64,000 nucleotides of DNA from Candidatus Eiseniibacteriota bacterium (lineage in GTDB: Bacteria; Eisenbacteria; RBG-16-71-46): positions 22,105 to 86,104 of the forward strand of contig JANLWX010000156.1 of assembly GCA_031364845.1 (NCBI GenBank), given 5' to 3'. The translations under genes were made by a program, and so were the position numbers. Shown piece after piece: positions 29,738-39,986 of this stretch. The notes beneath the pieces are model-generated. The model was not told where the DNA came from. It saw nothing but the letters and a program-made list of their open reading frames with translations, and did not search any database. Within the stretch, counting starts at the first letter, position 1, and the number at the start of each line of letters is the position of its first letter.

Positions 29738-31060
29738 GTGACCCATCGGAAACGACTCGCAATTCTCGTCGGCGGGGGCCCTGCGCCCGGAATCAACAGC
29801 GTGATCGGCGCGGCGACGATCCGCGCGGCGCTCGAAGGCGTCGAAGTGCTCGGAATCGAGGACGGCTTCGAGTGGCTGATGCAGGGCGACATCGATCACG
29901 TCCGCCCGCTGACGATCGAAGCGGTGAGCCGCATCCACTTCCGCGGCGGCTCCTACATCGGCATCTCCCGCGCGAATCCGACGATCCATCACGACCTGCT
30001 CGAGAACACGGTCATCTCGCTGCTGCGGCTCAACGTCGAGGAGTTGATCACGATCGGCGGCGACGACACCATGTTTTCGGCCAAGCGTCTCGAGGAACAG
30101 GCGCAGGGCCGCATCCGCGTGGTCCATGTGCCCAAATCGATCGACAACGATCTCGATCTCCCCTCCCACGTCGACACGTTCGGGTTCCAAACCGCACGCC
30201 ATCTCGGCGTCGAGATCCTCAAGAACCTCATGGTCGACGCGAAGACGACCTCACGCTGGTATTTCGTCATCGCCATGGGACGCAAGGCCGGACACCTCGC
30301 ACTCGGGATCGGCAAAGCGGGTGGTGCCACGCTCACGCTCATTCCGGAAGAGTTCGGAATGCGCCCGATCCGCCTGCGCACGCTGGTCGACACGCTGGTC
30401 GGGGCGATCATCAAGCGCATGAACGACGGCCGCCGCGATGGCGTCGCGGTGATCGCCGAGGGTGTGGTGCTCGACATCGATCCGTCGGACCTCGCGCGCA
30501 TGGAGGAGGCTGAGCACGACGCTCACGGCCACCTGCGCATCGCAGAGATCAACATCGGCGAAATCCTGAAGCACGCGGTACAGGAACGCCTCAAGAGCTT
30601 TGGCATCGCGACCACCATCGTCGCCAAGAACATCGGGTACGAGTTGCGCTGCGCGGATCCGATCCCGTTCGATATGGAGTACACGCGCGACCTCGGCTAC
30701 TGCGCCACCAAGGCGCTGCTCTCGGGGTTCAACGCGGTGACCGTGTCGATGCAGGCCGGGCACTTCGTCCCGATTCCGTTCTCGACGCTGACCGACAGCG
30801 CCACCGGACGCGCGCGCCTGCGGCTGGTCGACATCCATTCGACGCGCTATGCCATCGCGCGCCGGTACATGATCCGGATCCGCCGTGACGATTTCGAGGA
30901 TCCGCACGAATTGGCGAAGTTCGCGGCGACCGCCGGGATGTCGCTCGAGGAGTTCCGCAGCCAGTTCGAGTCGCTGTTCGCCGACGAACCCCCGGGACTC
31001 GACTTCGGACCCGCGCCGCCGGTCGAACATACCGAATCGATTCCGCGTCCCGCCAAATAG
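29738..31060 (+). CDS. pfp: Pyrophosphate-dependent phosphofructokinase
   Basis: AGGAGG RBS + GTG. GGGPAPGIN, GGDDT and PKSIDND (PPi-specificity Asp/Lys), MGRKAG, GYELRC. Confidence 0.88.
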   Translation: MTHRKRLAILVGGGPAPGINSVIGAATIRAALEGVEVLGIEDGFEWLMQGDIDHVRPLTIEAVSRIHFRGGSYIGISRANPTIHHDLLENTVISLLRLNVEELITIGGDDTMFSAKRLEEQAQGRIRVVHVPKSIDNDLDLPSHVDTFGFQTARHLGVEILKNLMVDAKTTSRWYFVIAMGRKAGHLALGIGKAGGATLTLIPEEFGMRPIRLRTLVDTLVGAIIKRMNDGRRDGVAVIAEGVVLDIDPSDLARMEEAEHDAHGHLRIAEINIGEILKHAVQERLKSFGIATTIVAKNIGYELRCADPIPFDMEYTRDLGYCATKALLSGFNAVTVSMQAGHFVPIPFSTLTDSATGRARLRLVDIHSTRYAIARRYMIRIRRDDFEDPHELAKFAATAGMSLEEFRSQFESLFADEPPGLDFGPAPPVEHTESIPRPAK

Positions 31061-31141
31061 GCCCGGCCTGGCGGTTCATGAATGATCCGGGCCAGCCCCG
31101 GGCGCCGCAATTGCCACCGCGTGCGGTACACTCATGTCGTC

Positions 31142-32215
31142 ATGCGTGCACCCCTCGCGATCCTCATCCTGCTCGGCGGCCTGGCCGCAGTACCGCTCCC
31201 GGTTCACGGCGACGCCCCTCCGGCGCACGTGATGTCGTTCGGCACCTACGGCTTTGCGCCCGGCCAGATCAACTGGGCCCGCGGGGTCGCCGGGGATCCC
31301 TTTGGCCAGTATGTCTACGTGGCGAATTCCGGCCTCGATCGGATCGAGAAGTTCACGACCGCGGGCGTGTGGGTCATGGGCTGGGGCAGCTACGGCACCG
31401 GACCCGGCCAGTTCAAGCAGTTGATCGGCATCGCGACCGACGCCGACGGTAATGTGTACGCGGCCGACTGGCTCACCGGGCGCATCCAGAAGTTCACCTC
31501 GAACGGAGCGCTGCTCGGGCAGTGGGGGTCCAACGGATCGGGGCCAGGACAGTTCGGACATCCCGAAGGCATCGCCATCCATCGCGCGAGCGGGATCGTC
31601 TACGTCGCCGACTACGACAACGATCGCATTCAGCGTTTCACGACCGCGGGCGCCTATCTCGGGCAGTGGGGCTCGGCGGGATCCGGCAACGGCCAGCTCG
31701 CGGGTCCGAGCGGCGTGGCGATCGACGCGGCGGGCGACGTGTACGTCGCCGACTCCGAGAACAACCGCGTTCAGAAGTTCGGACCCACGGGAGCCTACCT
31801 GCTCAAGTGGGGCATGACCGGCACCGGCAACGGCCAGTTCTCGAATCCGGACGGCATCACGCTCGACGCCTCGGGCTCGGTCTTCGTCGTCGACGGATAC
31901 AACAACCGCGTTCAGAAGTTCACGCCCGACGGCGCGTATCTCACGAAATGGGGTTCACTCGGGAGCGGGGCGGGTCAGTTCAACGGACCCGAAGGCACGG
32001 TCGTGGGCGCCGATGGATATCTCTACGTCACCGACCACTGGAACCATCGTATCCAGAAATTCGGGCCCCTGACGGCGGCGGTTCCGGGCGCGACGCCGTT
32101 CGCCATCATGTTCGCTTCCGCCACACTCGCCGCGTTCGGCGCGGCACGGCTCGACCGACAGCGCAACGTCCGCTCCCGGTCACCGGAAGCGGACGCGCGC
32201 GACGCCAAACGCTGA
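31142..32215 (+). CDS. Secreted NHL-repeat six-bladed beta-propeller with C-terminal VP + TM + basic sorting-like tail
   Basis: Six WGS.G.G.GQF..P.GIA.D..G.VYVAD..N.RIQKF repeats; tail VPGATPFAIMFASATLAAFGAARLDRQR. Confidence 0.88.
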   Translation: MRAPLAILILLGGLAAVPLPVHGDAPPAHVMSFGTYGFAPGQINWARGVAGDPFGQYVYVANSGLDRIEKFTTAGVWVMGWGSYGTGPGQFKQLIGIATDADGNVYAADWLTGRIQKFTSNGALLGQWGSNGSGPGQFGHPEGIAIHRASGIVYVADYDNDRIQRFTTAGAYLGQWGSAGSGNGQLAGPSGVAIDAAGDVYVADSENNRVQKFGPTGAYLLKWGMTGTGNGQFSNPDGITLDASGSVFVVDGYNNRVQKFTPDGAYLTKWGSLGSGAGQFNGPEGTVVGADGYLYVTDHWNHRIQKFGPLTAAVPGATPFAIMFASATLAAFGAARLDRQRNVRSRSPEADARDAKR

Positions 32216-32230
32216 CCCGAACGGGTCTGT

Positions 32231-34057
32231 TCAGTTCCCCGCGGACTTCATCTCTTCCGGCACGAACTGGGTCATCACCGCCTTGCGCAGCAGCGTGGGC
32301 GGCAGCAGTCCCTGGGCGAGCACGAAGTCGTGGAACTTCTGCCGGTCGAACCGGCGGCCGAGCATGCGCTCCGTGTCGGTGCGCAGCTCCATCAGCCGCT
32401 GGTAACCGCAGAAGTACGACGTCGCCTGGCCCGGAGCGCGGAACGTGTAACGCTCGACTTCCTGCGTCGCCATCGCGGCCGAGAGCACGACGTCCTCCTG
32501 CAACACGCGCATGGCTTCTTCTTTCGTGATCGATCCCTGCTGCAGTCCGGGATCGAGAAACGCCCGCGCGGCGCGGAGCAGCCGATGTTGCAGCGCGATG
32601 AGCTGTCCGTCGAGCGGTTCATAGGGCTTCATCTCGGCTTCAGCGTAGAGACCCCAGCCCTCGACGTTCACGCTGTTGAACGCGAACAGGGCGCGCGGAA
32701 TCGACACACCTTTCTCGACGATCGAGGCGAATTGCAGTTCGTGACCCGGACGGCCCTCGTGAGCGGTGAGCGTCCATGAGCCGGCCTCGAACGTGAAGTC
32801 GTCGTACGCGCCACTGCCGGGCTTGCGCAGCGGCAGCACGAACGTGCCCTTCTCTCCGGTGTTTCCGATCAGCCGCGGCGGGCGCATGTTGGGCGCCGGC
32901 TGCTGGGCGCTCTCGGCCTCCGAAGCGAGACGGATCTGCATCGGACGGTCGGGCAACGTGACGATCTTGTGCTGGACGATCAGCTTCTCCAACTCGCGGA
33001 TGCGCGCTTCGTAGTGCGGAAGGATCGCGTCTCCGGCGAACTGCTGCTTCTTCAACTCGGCGATCACGGCGCGATAGTCACCCGAGGCGATGCCGCGCTC
33101 CTTGGCGATCATCGGCGCCAGCGCCTGCATCTCGTTCTGGATCTCACGGAAGGCGACCTTGGCGCGGCTCGCGAGTTCCTCGACGGGCATGTCGACGCCG
33201 ACCTGGCGCAGGCCGAACGCGTACAGTTCGGGCGGCTGGCGGAAGTCCGTGCGCGAACGCGGCAGGACCTCGGCCTTGACGAAGGCGCTGTAGCCGTCGA
33301 GCTGCTGGCGCAGTGTCGCGAGCGGCTGCTGCCAGCCCTTGATCGGATACTTGCCGAACAGCTGGGCAATGCCGTCCATCATCGCGCCCTGATTCGCGAG
33401 ATCGTTCTCGACCTCGGCGCGGACGGGCCCGATCAGCGCGGCATTCGAGAGCTTCTCGCGGATGCGGTCTTCGGCGAGCTTCGCGATCGGCTCATAGCCC
33501 TTCTCGAGACCGGCATAGCGCCTCAGCCGAACGACCGCCGACGCGCGGCGCTTGGCATCGACCTGATCGTCGAGCAGCGACCGCAGCCCCTGGAACACGG
33601 TGCCGTGCAAATCGAAGTACGGAAGCGACACACGTTCGCCGAGGTCCTGCCCTTCGATCTGCTCGCGCGCGCGCGCCACCAGGATGTCCAGATCCTGCAG
33701 CACCGACGGATTCTTCTCGGTTTCCCGGACGCGCTCGAGTGCCGCGATCGCCTGTTCGGTCGCGGCCTTGGATCGTGCGTTGATGGCGGGCTTGAGGTCG
33801 AAGATCTCTTCGTCATATCCGCTGAGACCGAAGAAGCCGGCCTGCTCGGGGCCGAAGCGGGCCATCACCTGCATCAGAACAGCGGCGTTGGCGTTGCTGC
33901 GCTGAACCCATTCGGGAGCGGGCGGTGGCGGGCTCGCGCGTTTGGCGACCGGCTGCCCGTGTGCCACCGAGAGGGCGGCCACCGACACCAGCAGTGCCGC
34001 GGCCGTGCCGAAGGATGCGCAAACGAGTCGTCGTGCAAGAGATCGTGCGGGAATCAT
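32231..34057 (-). CDS. DUF885 family protein (HExxxxH putative metallopeptidase), secreted
   Basis: GGAGG RBS, signal peptide, AHEGRPGHELQ, EGWGLYAE, EVERYT...PGQATSY, FHDFVLAQG. Confidence 0.9.
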   Translation of the reverse strand: MIPARSLARRLVCASFGTAAALLVSVAALSVAHGQPVAKRASPPPPAPEWVQRSNANAAVLMQVMARFGPEQAGFFGLSGYDEEIFDLKPAINARSKAATEQAIAALERVRETEKNPSVLQDLDILVARAREQIEGQDLGERVSLPYFDLHGTVFQGLRSLLDDQVDAKRRASAVVRLRRYAGLEKGYEPIAKLAEDRIREKLSNAALIGPVRAEVENDLANQGAMMDGIAQLFGKYPIKGWQQPLATLRQQLDGYSAFVKAEVLPRSRTDFRQPPELYAFGLRQVGVDMPVEELASRAKVAFREIQNEMQALAPMIAKERGIASGDYRAVIAELKKQQFAGDAILPHYEARIRELEKLIVQHKIVTLPDRPMQIRLASEAESAQQPAPNMRPPRLIGNTGEKGTFVLPLRKPGSGAYDDFTFEAGSWTLTAHEGRPGHELQFASIVEKGVSIPRALFAFNSVNVEGWGLYAEAEMKPYEPLDGQLIALQHRLLRAARAFLDPGLQQGSITKEEAMRVLQEDVVLSAAMATQEVERYTFRAPGQATSYFCGYQRLMELRTDTERMLGRRFDRQKFHDFVLAQGLLPPTLLRKAVMTQFVPEEMKSAGN

Positions 34058-34195
34058 GAATCCTCCGAAGGGACATGCGGTCGGCGTCGGTGAACGATGG
34101 TGCAGGCTACGTCGATGACGGCGGGGGTGATTCACGAAGCCGCCGGGCGCGGCAACGCGTGGGGACGAGCGCGATGTATGGCGAACCCTGAAGCA

Positions 34196-36040
34196 TCAGC
34201 GGATCACGGCACAGCGCGTCGTGAGTTCCTGGTCCCCCCGCGTGAGCCGCAACACATAGACGCCGGGCTCGAGTACCGCGGGGACCACGACCTTGTGTTT
34301 ACCGGCGCCGCGGGATCCGACCTCCGACGCCCAGCATCGGCGTCCCGCGAGGTCGATCACTTCGAGCATCGCGGGTGCTGCGTCCGGAAGTTCGAACGCG
34401 AGCTGGAGGCCCTGGATCGAGGGATTGGGCCGCGCCCCGGTGAGCGCGAAACCGATCGCGTATGGAACCTCGACTTCGACCTCCCCCATTCGCACCACGA
34501 CGCCATGAACCTCGATCGCGAGCCGATAGCCGTATGGGATTCCGGAACGCACGTCGCGGTCTTCGATGCTCACGTCACCACGGACTCCGGGCCGGATCGT
34601 CGTGATCGGGCTCCAGATTCCGCCGCGCTCGCGGCGCTCGACCACGGCGGTCGCGAACCCATCTCCCATCGATCGCCACGTGATGCGCACCCGGCCCGGC
34701 TCCGCGCTCGCCGTGACGAGCGAGATCAGCACCGGCGTGTCGGTGTCGACGCCGGGCGAATACAACCGGCTTCCCGTCCGCGCGAAATTGCCGCGCGGCG
34801 TCGGCCATGCCTGGGCCGTCTTCCGCCAGGTTCCGGATTCCAATCGGAACACGACGGCACCCGGACCTTCCGCGACGCCGCCGAGAATTTCGGAACGCCC
34901 GTCACCGTCGAAGTCGGCGATCGATCCCGCCCATGCGGCGCTGCCCGGCTTCGGAAATCCGGGGAGCACCGCGGCCGCGCCGTCGTACGCAAAAATTCCG
35001 CTGCCGGGCAGGGTCCACAGCACCGAGGGCGAACCGGAAATCGATACGTGACCGAGCAACGGCGTGCCGCGCGGCGAGCCGGCGTGGCGCCGGGGCCAGG
35101 CGCCGAAGGTCACGGGCTCCCCGAGCGCATTCAGCACGCTGAGCTCGGAGTCCGCGGTGCGCGATACGATCACTTCGTCGATGCCATCGCCGTCGAGATC
35201 TCCCGGCACCGGCTCCGAGTCCGCGAGCGAGTTACGCGTGCTCGACCAGCGCAGCGCTCCATCCGGGGCAAAGGCATAGGTCTTCGGTCCCGCCGCGATC
35301 AGGATCGTCGGCGCATCATCACCGAAGCGTGTGATCGAGGGCGCGTGAGGATGCGCCGCCACCGCTCGGGGCCAGCCGGGAAGCACACCGTCCGTGCCGA
35401 GCACGGTGACGGTGCCGTTGTGCGTGACGGCGACGATCTCGACACCCGGGGCGCCATCGAGATCGCTGAGCGCCAGCTGAACGTTCGGGCCCGGCGTGCC
35501 GGCCATCTTCGGAAAGCCCGGAACGAACCGTCCCTCGAACGTCCACGCCCACACTTTTCCATCGCTGCCGCCCCACACCAGCTCGAGCGTCCCGTCGCCG
35601 TCGAGATCTCCGAGTGCCGGCATCGAACCCGGTGTGTTGCCGGCGGTGCCCGAAACCGGGAAGCCCTGCATCAGCTCGCCTTCTTCGTTGAAGCCGGAGA
35701 TTCCTCCGTCCGAGGTGGCGACGAACATCCCGAATCCGCCGCCGACTCCGAGTGCAGCAGCGGCCAAGCCGCCCACGGAAGCCGCGGGCAGGGGAATCAT
35801 CCGCACAACTCGCGGCTGGGTCAGATCGAGCAATGCGAGGCGGCCGTCGGCGAGCGCGATGACGGCCCCGCGCACGGCAGAACTCGCGGGCAGCGCGACC
35901 GCCGGTCCGGAGACGGTCGCCTCCGGAAGCAGCACGGTCGTGGTCGCGGGATCGGCGAGTGAACCCGCGGGACGGACGGACGACCCGCGCGGCACGTCGC
36001 TCCCGTTCGACAGAACCAGGAGCAGAATCAACGCGAGCAT
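34196..36040 (-). CDS. FG-GAP/VCBS-repeat secreted protein with FlgD-Ig/T9SS-like C-terminal domain
   Basis: Repeated DLDGDG..E motifs and PG(F/W)P turns; C-terminus GARPNP...LEVIDLAGRR...PGVYVLRL. Confidence 0.85.
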   Translation of the reverse strand: MLALILLLVLSNGSDVPRGSSVRPAGSLADPATTTVLLPEATVSGPAVALPASSAVRGAVIALADGRLALLDLTQPRVVRMIPLPAASVGGLAAAALGVGGGFGMFVATSDGGISGFNEEGELMQGFPVSGTAGNTPGSMPALGDLDGDGTLELVWGGSDGKVWAWTFEGRFVPGFPKMAGTPGPNVQLALSDLDGAPGVEIVAVTHNGTVTVLGTDGVLPGWPRAVAAHPHAPSITRFGDDAPTILIAAGPKTYAFAPDGALRWSSTRNSLADSEPVPGDLDGDGIDEVIVSRTADSELSVLNALGEPVTFGAWPRRHAGSPRGTPLLGHVSISGSPSVLWTLPGSGIFAYDGAAAVLPGFPKPGSAAWAGSIADFDGDGRSEILGGVAEGPGAVVFRLESGTWRKTAQAWPTPRGNFARTGSRLYSPGVDTDTPVLISLVTASAEPGRVRITWRSMGDGFATAVVERRERGGIWSPITTIRPGVRGDVSIEDRDVRSGIPYGYRLAIEVHGVVVRMGEVEVEVPYAIGFALTGARPNPSIQGLQLAFELPDAAPAMLEVIDLAGRRCWASEVGSRGAGKHKVVVPAVLEPGVYVLRLTRGDQELTTRCAVIR

Positions 36041-36168
36041 CGGACCCCTCCGCAAGCCAGGCGAAACCCGGCGACGAATGGGGCGCGCCGCTTTCGCGTG
36101 ACCCCTCAGACTAGCGAGCGCCCAACGACACGGTCAACGAAAAAGGCTCACGTAAACACCCGTCGCGT

Positions 36169-36639
36169 TCATCCGTCCGAAGCTGCCAGCTTCCGCAGAA
36201 TCGCGATCTGCCCTGCATGGTAGAGGTCGTGCTGCACGACGCCGTGGAGGAGCACGTAGCGGGTGCTGCTGGTCGTAGTGCCCGGTTGATCGAGATCCGC
36301 ATCCGCGATCGTTCGGGCCGCCGCCACGAGCTCGCGATGGGCGTCTTTCAGTGCGGCGACGGCGGAGGCGAAACGTACGGCGTCGGCCGGCCCGGTCGGC
36401 GGCCAGTCCTGCTCGTTCGTGGGATCGAAGATCCGGCCCTGGATGCGCGAGGCGACCGCACGTTTCCAGGTCGCCATGTGCAGCACCAGCTCCTCGATCG
36501 AGTGGACATCGGCGGCCGGCCGGTACGCCGCCTGATCCGCCGTCACGCCATCGAGAAGCTCGAGAACGGCACTGCCGTGCCACGCGTCACGCTCGAACGA
36601 GCGCTGGAGATGGTTCAGGATGCGATCGATTTCGGACAT
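36169..36639 (-). CDS. DinB family protein
   Basis: GGAGG RBS; AWHG, HSIEELVLHM, QHDLYHAGQI. Confidence 0.9.
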   Translation of the reverse strand: MSEIDRILNHLQRSFERDAWHGSAVLELLDGVTADQAAYRPAADVHSIEELVLHMATWKRAVASRIQGRIFDPTNEQDWPPTGPADAVRFASAVAALKDAHRELVAAARTIADADLDQPGTTTSSTRYVLLHGVVQHDLYHAGQIAILRKLAASDG

Positions 36640-36777
36640 CGATTCCTCCTTCGGGAGCGTGTTCCGGCGCGGTCGTCGCGAGTGGCTTGGCGCACCGGCG
36701 CTGCGAGGATAGGGTGAGTTCGGAGTTCCATCCTAACCGTGCACCGATTCCCGGCACACCTCGACGAGGAGGCTCGC

Positions 36778-37207
36778 TTGCGCGCACTCGCCGCACTCCT
36801 GATCGCCATGCCGCTCATGTTGGGAGCGACCTCGAATCCACCACCTCCACCTCCGCTCACATCGCGCAGCGCGAAGGATGCCGGCAGCGGAACGATCTTC
36901 AAGAGCTCTCCCCAGGTGTCCTCCATGCCGGTAGGCCGTGGCGACCGTGCTCAAGTTCCAGCTTCACGACCACATCGCGCGCAAGCTGCTGAAGCAGGAC
37001 CGGCGCAGCTGCAGCTACGCGAACCGCAAGGAGGCGGGTAAGTTTCTCGCGGCGATCATGCGCCAGGGTGGCACACGCGATTGGCGCCGAGTCCTGCGCG
37101 AGGCGACCGGCGAGGATCTCTCGACACGCGCGATGGTCGAGTACTTCAAGCCACTGCAGCAGTGGCTCGAAGTGCAGAATCGCGGTCGTACGGTGGGATG
37201 GAACTGA
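36778..37207 (+). pseudogene. Remnant of an M2 (peptidyl-dipeptidase A-like) peptidase: signal peptide plus out-of-frame C-terminal ~90 aa
   Basis: GAGGAGG + TTG signal-peptide-like start at 36778. In another frame, TAG then AVATVLKFQLHDHIA...WRRVLREATGEDLSTRAMVEYFKPLQQWLEVQN. No HEXXH core. Confidence 0.6.
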
Positions 37208-37646
37208 TCGCGCGACAGGCCCGGGGCAAGGGGTGCCGGACCCATCGCGCGCATCTGGGGGAACTCGATGGACGATTCTGGAATACGGGCCGCTTCCAGG
37301 GTCTTGGTGACGTAAGCGCCTGAGAGGGGCATGTAGGTTCGCCACCCGGTGCCCACGGTCGCAGCCCGCAAGGAAGTTACTTCGCAATGCGCAAGCCAGC
37401 GCGCGGCACGCGCAGCGGGCCTCTCGCTCGTCGCGCGCGCAGGGGTTCGCACGAGAACGGACATCTCCAAGTCGTTCAAGCTGCTGCGAGCGATCCTGGG
37501 CGCAGCACCTGCGATCGCCGACTGACGGCAACCGTTCACGGAGCGACAGATCACGGGTTTACCGGTTACGGTGAGTCCGGGTCACATCACCCGAATCCGC
37601 GCGTCTTCCTCGCCGGATGCCCCACCGCCGGAGGACCGAGATCCCG

Positions 37647-39968
37647 ATGAACATCATCACCCGCTACGCCCGGTGGCTCCACACGCAGTGGCCGGCGGGG
37701 ACCGTCGAGCCATTTCCTGTGGTCGGCGATGACGGCAGCACGAAGATCCCGGGGCTCCACGTCGTGGGCGATCTCACCGGTGTGCCGCTGCTCAAGTTCT
37801 CATTGGATTCGGGTGCGCGCGTGGTGCAGCGCATCGCGCGGGATCCGGCGCTCGCGCGCGGAAGTGGCGGCCCCGCGCTCGATCTCCTGATCATCGGAGC
37901 CGGGGTCTCGGGGATGGCGGCCGCGGTGGAGGCTCGAGCCCGCGGGCTGCGCTTCGAAGTCCTCGAAGCTTCCGCACGATTCTTCACGCTCGTTGACTTC
38001 CCGGCTCGAAAGCCGATCTACACCTACCCGCGCGACATGAGACCCGCGGGCTCTCTGCAAGTCTCGGCCGGCGTGAAAGAGGCTTTGATCGACGAACTGG
38101 CCGGGCAGATCGACCGGGCCGGGATCGGCGTGACGCCGGCGCGCGCCATCCGCGTGACGCGCGAGGGTGACGGTTTGCGCGTGGACCTGGCCGATGGCCC
38201 TCCACGCCGCGCCGCTCATGTGGTGATCGCGATCGGGCGCAGCGGCGATTATCGCAAACTCGGAGTGCCCGGTGACGACCTGCCCAAGGTGTTCCACCGG
38301 CTCCACGACCCGGCTGACTTCATGGGCGCGCGCGTGCTGGTCATTGGCGGTGGGGACTCGGCGATCGAAACCGCGAGCGCCCTCGCGGGCGCCGGCGCCC
38401 GGGTGACGCTCGTCCACCGCGCCGCGTCGTTCACCCGCCCCTGCCCCGAGAACATGGAGTGCCTCGAACGGTGGCAGTCCGCCCCCGGCACGATTGCGGA
38501 GCAGGCACCCGCCACCCCGGCGCACGGGCCCGCAGCGCGACCGGTTCCGGTCGTCGTCAAGACGGAATGCGTCGTGAGCGAGATCCGCGATTCCGAGGTG
38601 GTCATGAACGGGCCGGAAGGCGAAACCGTGATCGGGAACGACGTCGTGTTCGCGATGACCGGACGCGAGGCACCGCTCGAATTGTTCCGGCGTTCCGGTC
38701 TCGCGATCGCGGGTGAGATGTCGGCGGCAAGGTGGGCCGCGATGGCCGCGTTCATCGCATTCTGCGGGTGGCTCTACAACTGGAAGTCCGGCGGCTTCTT
38801 CTCGAACCTCTGGTATCGGAACCACTGGTTCCCGACCAACCTCCCCGATCTGCTGGCGGCCGCCGGCGGCGCGCTCGCTCAACAGGCGCAGGATCCGACG
38901 ACGCTGATCGGAACCCTCGCGATCAGCGCCTCGGGGCCGTCGTTCTACTACACGCTCGCCTACTCGATCGTGATCGTGGTGTTCGGCATCCGCCGCATTC
39001 GCCGCCGCAGAACGCCCTATGTCACCGCGCAGACGCTCACGCTCATGATGATCCAGGTGCTGCCGCTGTTTCTGATTCCCGAGCTCCTGCTGCCGCAACT
39101 CGACGCGCACGGGCTGCTGCCGAAAGGGGTGGCGGACGCATTGTTCCCGGCCGTCGACTACGGGCACGGACGCGAGTTCTGGCGCGCCTACGGATTGATC
39201 CTCGCGTGGCCGCTCAACGTGTACAACATCTTCACGCACGAACCGTTGTGGGCGTGGATTGCGATCGGCTTCGTGCAGACCTGTGTCCTGATCCCGCTCG
39301 CGGTGTGGTTCTTCGGCAAGGGCGCCTATTGCGGTTGGATCTGCTCGTGCGGAGCACTCGCCGAGACGCTCGGGGACACACACCGCCACAAGATGCCGCA
39401 TGGACCGGGGTGGAACCGCTTCAACATGGCGGGCCAGGTCGTGCTCGCGATCGCCGTGGTTTTGTTGATCGTGCGGATCGCGGGCTGGGTGCTTCCCGAC
39501 GGCAGCTGGGCCGACCGCGTCTTCCCGGTGCTGCAGTCGAACTACAAGTGGTGGGTCGACGTGTTCCTCGCCGGCGTGCTCGGATACGGCGTGTACTTCT
39601 GGTACTCCGGCCGCTTCTGGTGCAGGTTCCTGTGCCCGCTCGCCGCGTTGATGCACGTCTATGCGCGGTTCAGTTCGTTTCGCATCTTCGCCGACAAGAA
39701 GAAGTGCATCTCCTGCGGACAGTGCACCCGCATGTGCCACCAGGGCATCGATGTCATGAGCTTCGCGAACAAAGGCCTCGCGCTGGCGGATCCGCAATGC
39801 GTGCGGTGCTCCGCGTGCGTGCACACGTGTCCGACCGGAGTGCTGAGCTTCGGCCGCGCGGATCGCGCGGGAAAACTGATCGCGATCGACACGCTGATGG
39901 CATCGCCGGTACAGATGCGCGAGGGCAAGAACTCGAGCCCCGGCGCGTCTCCCGCCGGGGCTCGTTGA
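37647..39968 (+). CDS. FAD/NAD(P)-binding oxidoreductase fused to a NapH/MauN-like polytopic 4Fe-4S domain
   Basis: IIGAGVSG and VIGGGDSA Rossmann motifs, TM helices, CGWICSCG, WCRFLCP, CISCGQCTRMC, CVRCSACVHTCP. Confidence 0.85.
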   Translation: MNIITRYARWLHTQWPAGTVEPFPVVGDDGSTKIPGLHVVGDLTGVPLLKFSLDSGARVVQRIARDPALARGSGGPALDLLIIGAGVSGMAAAVEARARGLRFEVLEASARFFTLVDFPARKPIYTYPRDMRPAGSLQVSAGVKEALIDELAGQIDRAGIGVTPARAIRVTREGDGLRVDLADGPPRRAAHVVIAIGRSGDYRKLGVPGDDLPKVFHRLHDPADFMGARVLVIGGGDSAIETASALAGAGARVTLVHRAASFTRPCPENMECLERWQSAPGTIAEQAPATPAHGPAARPVPVVVKTECVVSEIRDSEVVMNGPEGETVIGNDVVFAMTGREAPLELFRRSGLAIAGEMSAARWAAMAAFIAFCGWLYNWKSGGFFSNLWYRNHWFPTNLPDLLAAAGGALAQQAQDPTTLIGTLAISASGPSFYYTLAYSIVIVVFGIRRIRRRRTPYVTAQTLTLMMIQVLPLFLIPELLLPQLDAHGLLPKGVADALFPAVDYGHGREFWRAYGLILAWPLNVYNIFTHEPLWAWIAIGFVQTCVLIPLAVWFFGKGAYCGWICSCGALAETLGDTHRHKMPHGPGWNRFNMAGQVVLAIAVVLLIVRIAGWVLPDGSWADRVFPVLQSNYKWWVDVFLAGVLGYGVYFWYSGRFWCRFLCPLAALMHVYARFSSFRIFADKKKCISCGQCTRMCHQGIDVMSFANKGLALADPQCVRCSACVHTCPTGVLSFGRADRAGKLIAIDTLMASPVQMREGKNSSPGASPAGAR

Positions 39969-39986
39969 TGCTTCGCCGTCGCGGCT

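Noticed and set aside
31300..32060. Regularly spaced DNA repeats (CAGAAGTTC..., TACGTC...) that could suggest a CRISPR-like array
   Set aside because: They are degenerate, in-frame NHL protein repeats. There are no identical direct repeats with unique spacers and no cas genes.
37210..37640. About 430-nt gap that could hold an ncRNA or small gene
   Set aside because: No recognisable RNA family motif, and the overlapping ORFs lack an RBS or plausible composition.
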